Source of the DNA: Raillietiella orientalis
Taxonomy: Eukaryota
Reading direction: 5' to 3'
NCBI GenBank assembly: GCA_036172245.1
Contig: JAYWIR010000031.1
Coordinates: forward strand, 2,418,001-2,482,000
Length of the DNA: 64,000 bases
The position numbers and the translations under genes are program-made. Below are positions 62,247 to 64,000 of this stretch, one piece after another (within the stretch, counting starts at the first letter, position 1; every line of letters starts with the position of its first letter). Under the pieces are notes generated by a model that saw nothing but the letters and a program-made list of their open reading frames with translations, did not search any database and was not told where the DNA came from.

Positions 62247-63945
62247 TTAGGCGGGACGCTAGGTGGAGGAGGAGGGTCAGGTGCTGAAGGCACCTGGTCC
62301 CCCTCCTCCACTGGTAACGGCGCGTCGGCCGGTTCACCCTCAGGTGGGGTCGCGCCTCCCTGTTCGCCCTCATCCATGGGGGCGGCCTGTTCAGGCTCGG
62401 CGACTGCTGGGAAGACTTCGCCCCCCAGTTTCCCCTCCTCCATGGGGGTGGCCTGCTCGACGGCTTACGTGCGTTGGAATTCCACCTCCGGGTTTCCCAC
62501 GCTGGCGTCGGTTTCCTGCTTCTCCTCCTCGCTCGTGGAGGGGAGGCGCCTCCTCGGCTTTTGGGACTTGCGTCCCGTCTTCCGAGGGGGTGCCTCCGAC
62601 GAGGAGGATGCACTTCCGGCCCCCAGGTCGCACTCACCTGCGGGGGCCTTCTTTGCCGGAGCCGGCCTTCGCACGGCCTTGCGTGAGGGGTTTTCACGCT
62701 CGGCCAGCGTGACCGCGAGCTCCTCCGCCGCCTTCGCGAAGGCGGCGTCCTCGCCGTCGGCGCGCGTCGCGCGGCTCACCCTCTGTGTAGACAGAGGGTT
62801 CGTCGTCGCGAACCTCGGGCGCGGTGGAAACGGCGAGGGGATTCTCGTCGCCCCGGGAGGCAGCCTGAGGAACGCTTACGCGATCCAGTGCTACCGAGCA
62901 CTCGCGGAGTTTTTTTGACAGCGGCGCGGCTTTATTCTTTTTGCCGGCTGTGTTCTTTTTCTCCGTTTTCTTCAGTGGTTCTTTCACCACTTGTTTCTCC
63001 TTCCTGGCCTTTACCAGTTCCATCCCTACTCCACTCCCGCGTCTTCCGCAGTCTTATCCTCCGACGCCTGCGTGAGAGGAAGAGGAGATGGCGGCTGGGG
63101 CCAGCTAGTTTCTCGCTTAGGTCTTTCGACCTTGTTCATTTGTTTGGCCTGCTCCTTTTTGGCAGCAGGTGGCACCGGAGTGGGGCATTTAGGGCACGCA
63201 CGACGCACGTGTCCCTTAACCCCGCACAAGTGGCACTCAATGTTCGGGCACCGCTTGCGCAAGTGCCCTACTGCATTGCAGTAGCCACAATAGCGGGGTT
63301 TCCCCACGTACCAGAGGTCGCCGGATTCCGTCGCGACCTTCAGTTTGTGGGGCAACCCAGCACCCTCATTGACAGTGACACGCTGAAGCCTGGCCTTCGA
63401 AATGGCTATGAAAGCCTTCGAAGATGGTGGGCTTTGGCCACAACGCGTGTACCTCGCCGTATTTCATCAACTCGGAATTGACCGCCGAGCGCGTCATCCG
63501 GTCAGACGGACCACTACGGAGCGGTCCATGCTAACCGGTAGGATTTTCCGGCCATCCACATTCAGCGGGGTGTTTATCAGGCGCTGTGCTAAGGCTACGT
63601 CTTTGCAGACGACCTCCACTCGCTGCCCCCCGCTGAGTACGGAGAGGCCGTCAAGATCCTCTTCTCTTACAGGAAAGTCCTGTAGTGCCTTGTTAAAAGC
63701 ACGGGCGATGCGACCATCAAACAGGGGTCCTACTTATAAACCAGAGATGGTTTATATCCTGAGGCCCTGTAAGGCGCTTGCTCCGCCAAGGTTTCCGCGC
63801 TCGGCGCTGCCACCATGGCGCTCCACGTCCTCGGCGTTGCCGGGGATGATTCCGGGGCGGATGCCCCTGATCCAGTAGGCCGTGGGGGGGGACTAGCCTC
63901 CCCCACGCCTACCTCCATCGTGGTGTCCTCTGGCAGCGATGCCAT
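62207..63945 (-). pseudogene. Family-A ORF1 (gag-like, two CX2CX4HX4C knuckles), interrupted
   Basis: ATG at 63945; CGYCNAVGHLRKRC and CHLCGVKGHVRRAC; ends PSSQE-stop at 62207; split over several ORFs. Confidence 0.88.
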
Positions 63946-64000
63946 GGGACACCAACGATGTGAAAAAACACACACTTCCCAAGAAGAAACGCTTCCCGGT

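Noticed and set aside
1..64000. CRISPR arrays, rRNA genes, LTR pairs, TIR transposases
   Set aside because: No regularly spaced repeat-spacer units, rRNA signatures, paired LTRs or transposase motifs were seen.

Overview
Eukaryotic genomic DNA, judged from a GT-AG exon and the absence of operon structure; the organism cannot be identified from this window. About two-thirds of the window (about 1-21.0 kb, 29.5-37.5 kb, 40.7-43.4 kb and 52.2-64.0 kb) is a GC-rich mosaic of nested, mostly broken non-LTR retrotransposons of L1/Tx1-like architecture. ORF1 is gag-like with two CCHC knuckles; ORF2 carries an AP endonuclease, an RT (YADD) and a C-terminal Cys motif. At least three families are present, called A, B and C here by their 3'UTRs, and one near-complete ORF2 lies at 55324-58761 (-). 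The AT-rich spacers hold the first coding exon of a PPC decarboxylase/HAL3-family gene (45287-45583), two weak candidate exons, two copies of a highly structured SINE-like repeat (one with a tRNA-like head) and a simple repeat. The main signal is that these LINEs appear to target one another. All 14 recognisable element termini abut another LINE copy, 12 of them in antisense. Two family-B 3' ends sit at the same nucleotide of the endonuclease gene in two divergent hosts, and three family-A ends cluster at a second site (the GFG codons). The elements have no poly(A) tail and end in a shared AATAAA-CCCGG/CCGGG hairpin. All alignments and counts were done by eye.
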